A stretch of 64,000 nucleotides of DNA, taken from Felis catus (lineage: Eukaryota). Position numbers and translations under genes: made by a program. Under the pieces are notes generated by a model. That model was not told the origin of the DNA. It did not search any database and worked only from the letters and a program-made list of their open reading frames with translations. The stretch lies in assembly GCF_018350175.1 (NCBI RefSeq), contig NC_058368.1, positions 178,872,001 through 178,936,000 of the forward strand. Direction: 5' to 3'. Positions 62,289 through 64,000 of the stretch are shown one piece after another; the first letter of the stretch is position 1; every line of letters starts with the position of its first letter.

Positions 62289-63641
62289 CCCACAGGCTAA
62301 CCTGCCACACTCCAATAGAGGAAGCTACTGGTAAACACAACCTGATTTCCATGGCGACGTGTCACTGAGCTCCTCTCCCTTTCAGAGCACACCAAGAGGT
62401 GAATTATTTAGTTTCCTTGTCCCTATCCCCACCGTGTTTCAAGTGATGGGGCCTCAAGTGGCAGGGAATCTCTCTTATTTAATGACTGGAGGCTAGGATG
62501 GGAGCATGATACAATCTTGCCTGTAAAGACCTGCTGGAGTAACCATTTCTTTGCAGAGAACGGCAGGCAGATGTGGAGTGTGCTGAGGAACAGTTAGGAT
62601 GTGGCAATGGGGACAAGAGACAGACTTTTCTGTGAGAATTGCTATAGTTTGAGGATGCCACATTGATACTAGAATATTCTGGTAGTCTTTCTTGGGATTT
62701 GGTTCCTGGGAAACTATGATATCAGATCTCTCAAAAAAAAAAAAAAGAGAAGGAAACCACTGTTCATCTTTAAACACTGCATTTGTGTTTGTGTATTTAT
62801 AGGAAAATATCAGAAAGATACACATTTCACTTTTAAGACTGGTCACTTCTGGAGGCTGAAATTTAGGGAACAGTGAAAGGGACTTGACTGTTTTTTATGT
62901 AACGCTTGTTTACAATGTTTGGATCACTTAAAACAAAAAGTATATAAATATTGGCTTGGTGGGCCATCCTTGCTCTCACTCAGTATTCGGTTCCATATGC
63001 CCCAGATCCAAGTCCCCCATCACCAAAACCTACATCAAGAGTGTCAGTCACACACATCTTTGCTGAGGGCTTCATGAGGAGGCCTAGGAGTGTGTCACAT
63101 CAACTGGGAAGTCTCCAGCACCTTCCTTCCCTCTCCCTGCTCACATCTCCCCATGTGGTAGCTGCCTTCTCTGCCTCCCAGTGATCTCCCTACCTCATGT
63201 CACCTACCTGAACCTTCTTTCCCTTCCTCAGCCCCTCCTCAGCCTGGCTTATACCAGTGGTTTTCCTGCCTCCTACATCCCCTGCCCCCAGGATCCTCAT
63301 GCCATGTCCTCCTCACTTCACAGAATAGGGGATCTACCCTCCTCACTGTGCGTGTGCGTGTGTGTATGTGTGCAGGTGATCTTAAAGATCACATGCTGGC
63401 CATTAACATTAAATCGGTTTCCATCACCTCCATCATATCCCTTTGTCCTATTTTACCTTCTCTATAGCACTAATCACTTTCTGACAGTATGTCTTCATTT
63501 GTTTATTGCATCTGTGTCTATCTTCCCACTAAAATATAAATATGTGGTCCGGATTCTGTTCACTGCTATAACCCTAGCACCTATAACTGCTCCTGACATG
63601 CCCTAGGCTCTCAGAAGTATTTGTGAATATATGGTGAATAT

Positions 63642-63673
63642 ATGAATGAATGAATGAATGAATGAATGAATGA
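63642..63673. repeat. (GAAT)n, expanded L2 tail
   Basis: Tandem TGAA following an L2-like 3' end (about 63420-63640). Confidence 0.9.
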
Positions 63674-64000
63674 CATTTTTTTCTGACACACAATGGCACA
63701 AGAGGAATAAAGAAAAGGGCTGTCAAGAGGGAAGTGATCAAATCAGAGGTTCCCTGGAGGAAGGTTTCACACTGTTTCTGGGACTGCTGGGAATTGTCTC
63801 CTGGATTTCTTGGCTGTGTCTCCTAGAACCACACCACATGTAAGCCACTACACCAGAAACTTCACATTCCTCATTTTAACCCTCACTGTCATCCTACAAG
63901 GTAGCATTAGCCTAGTTTCACAGATGAGGAAACAATCTCAGGGATCTTTTGTCCCATTCTAGTCAAACAGCTAGAAAGTGACAGAAATGGGATTAAAACT

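Larger units (their letters stand above)
15465..64000 (-). other. DOCK2: 3' portion of the very large DOCK2 intron that hosts the antisense nested gene INSYN2B
   Basis: I recognised no further DOCK2-like peptide in these 48.5 kb. In human, the intron preceding the SHFVACM exon is the giant one containing INSYN2B/FAM196B (recalled knowledge). Confidence 0.85.

Noticed and set aside
17818..64000. INSYN2B coding sequence
   Set aside because: No long + strand ORF resembling INSYN2/FAM196 proteins; the coding exons are expected beyond the right edge of the window.

Overview
Mammalian genomic DNA from a felid (eight Can-SINE/SINEC_Fc-type elements and a carnivore-type L1). The window lies inside DOCK2, transcribed on the minus strand. 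Three internal coding exons (15366-15464, 12270-12364, 1731-1809) have canonical AG/GT boundaries and compatible phases. They splice to [91 protein letters not shown]. Everything right of 15464 is the 3' part of the very large DOCK2 intron that in human and mouse hosts the antisense nested gene INSYN2B (FAM196B). A + strand candidate promoter and non-coding first exon at about 17.6-17.8 kb fits that gene, but its coding exons are not in the window. The rest is intronic sequence rich in MIR, L2, MER DNA transposons, LTR fragments and microsatellites. The most notable structures are: a twin-primed (5'-inverted) L1 whose breakpoint sits at the centre of a 12-bp palindrome; a ~430-bp CR1/L3 reverse-transcriptase fossil; a ~95%-identical inverted SINE pair inside one DOCK2 intron; and an unexplained 69-bp spaced direct duplication. 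I found no evidence for a wholly new biological system, and the supplied ORF track is almost entirely spurious. Repeat family names and exon numbers come from recall of consensus and human sequences, not from a search.
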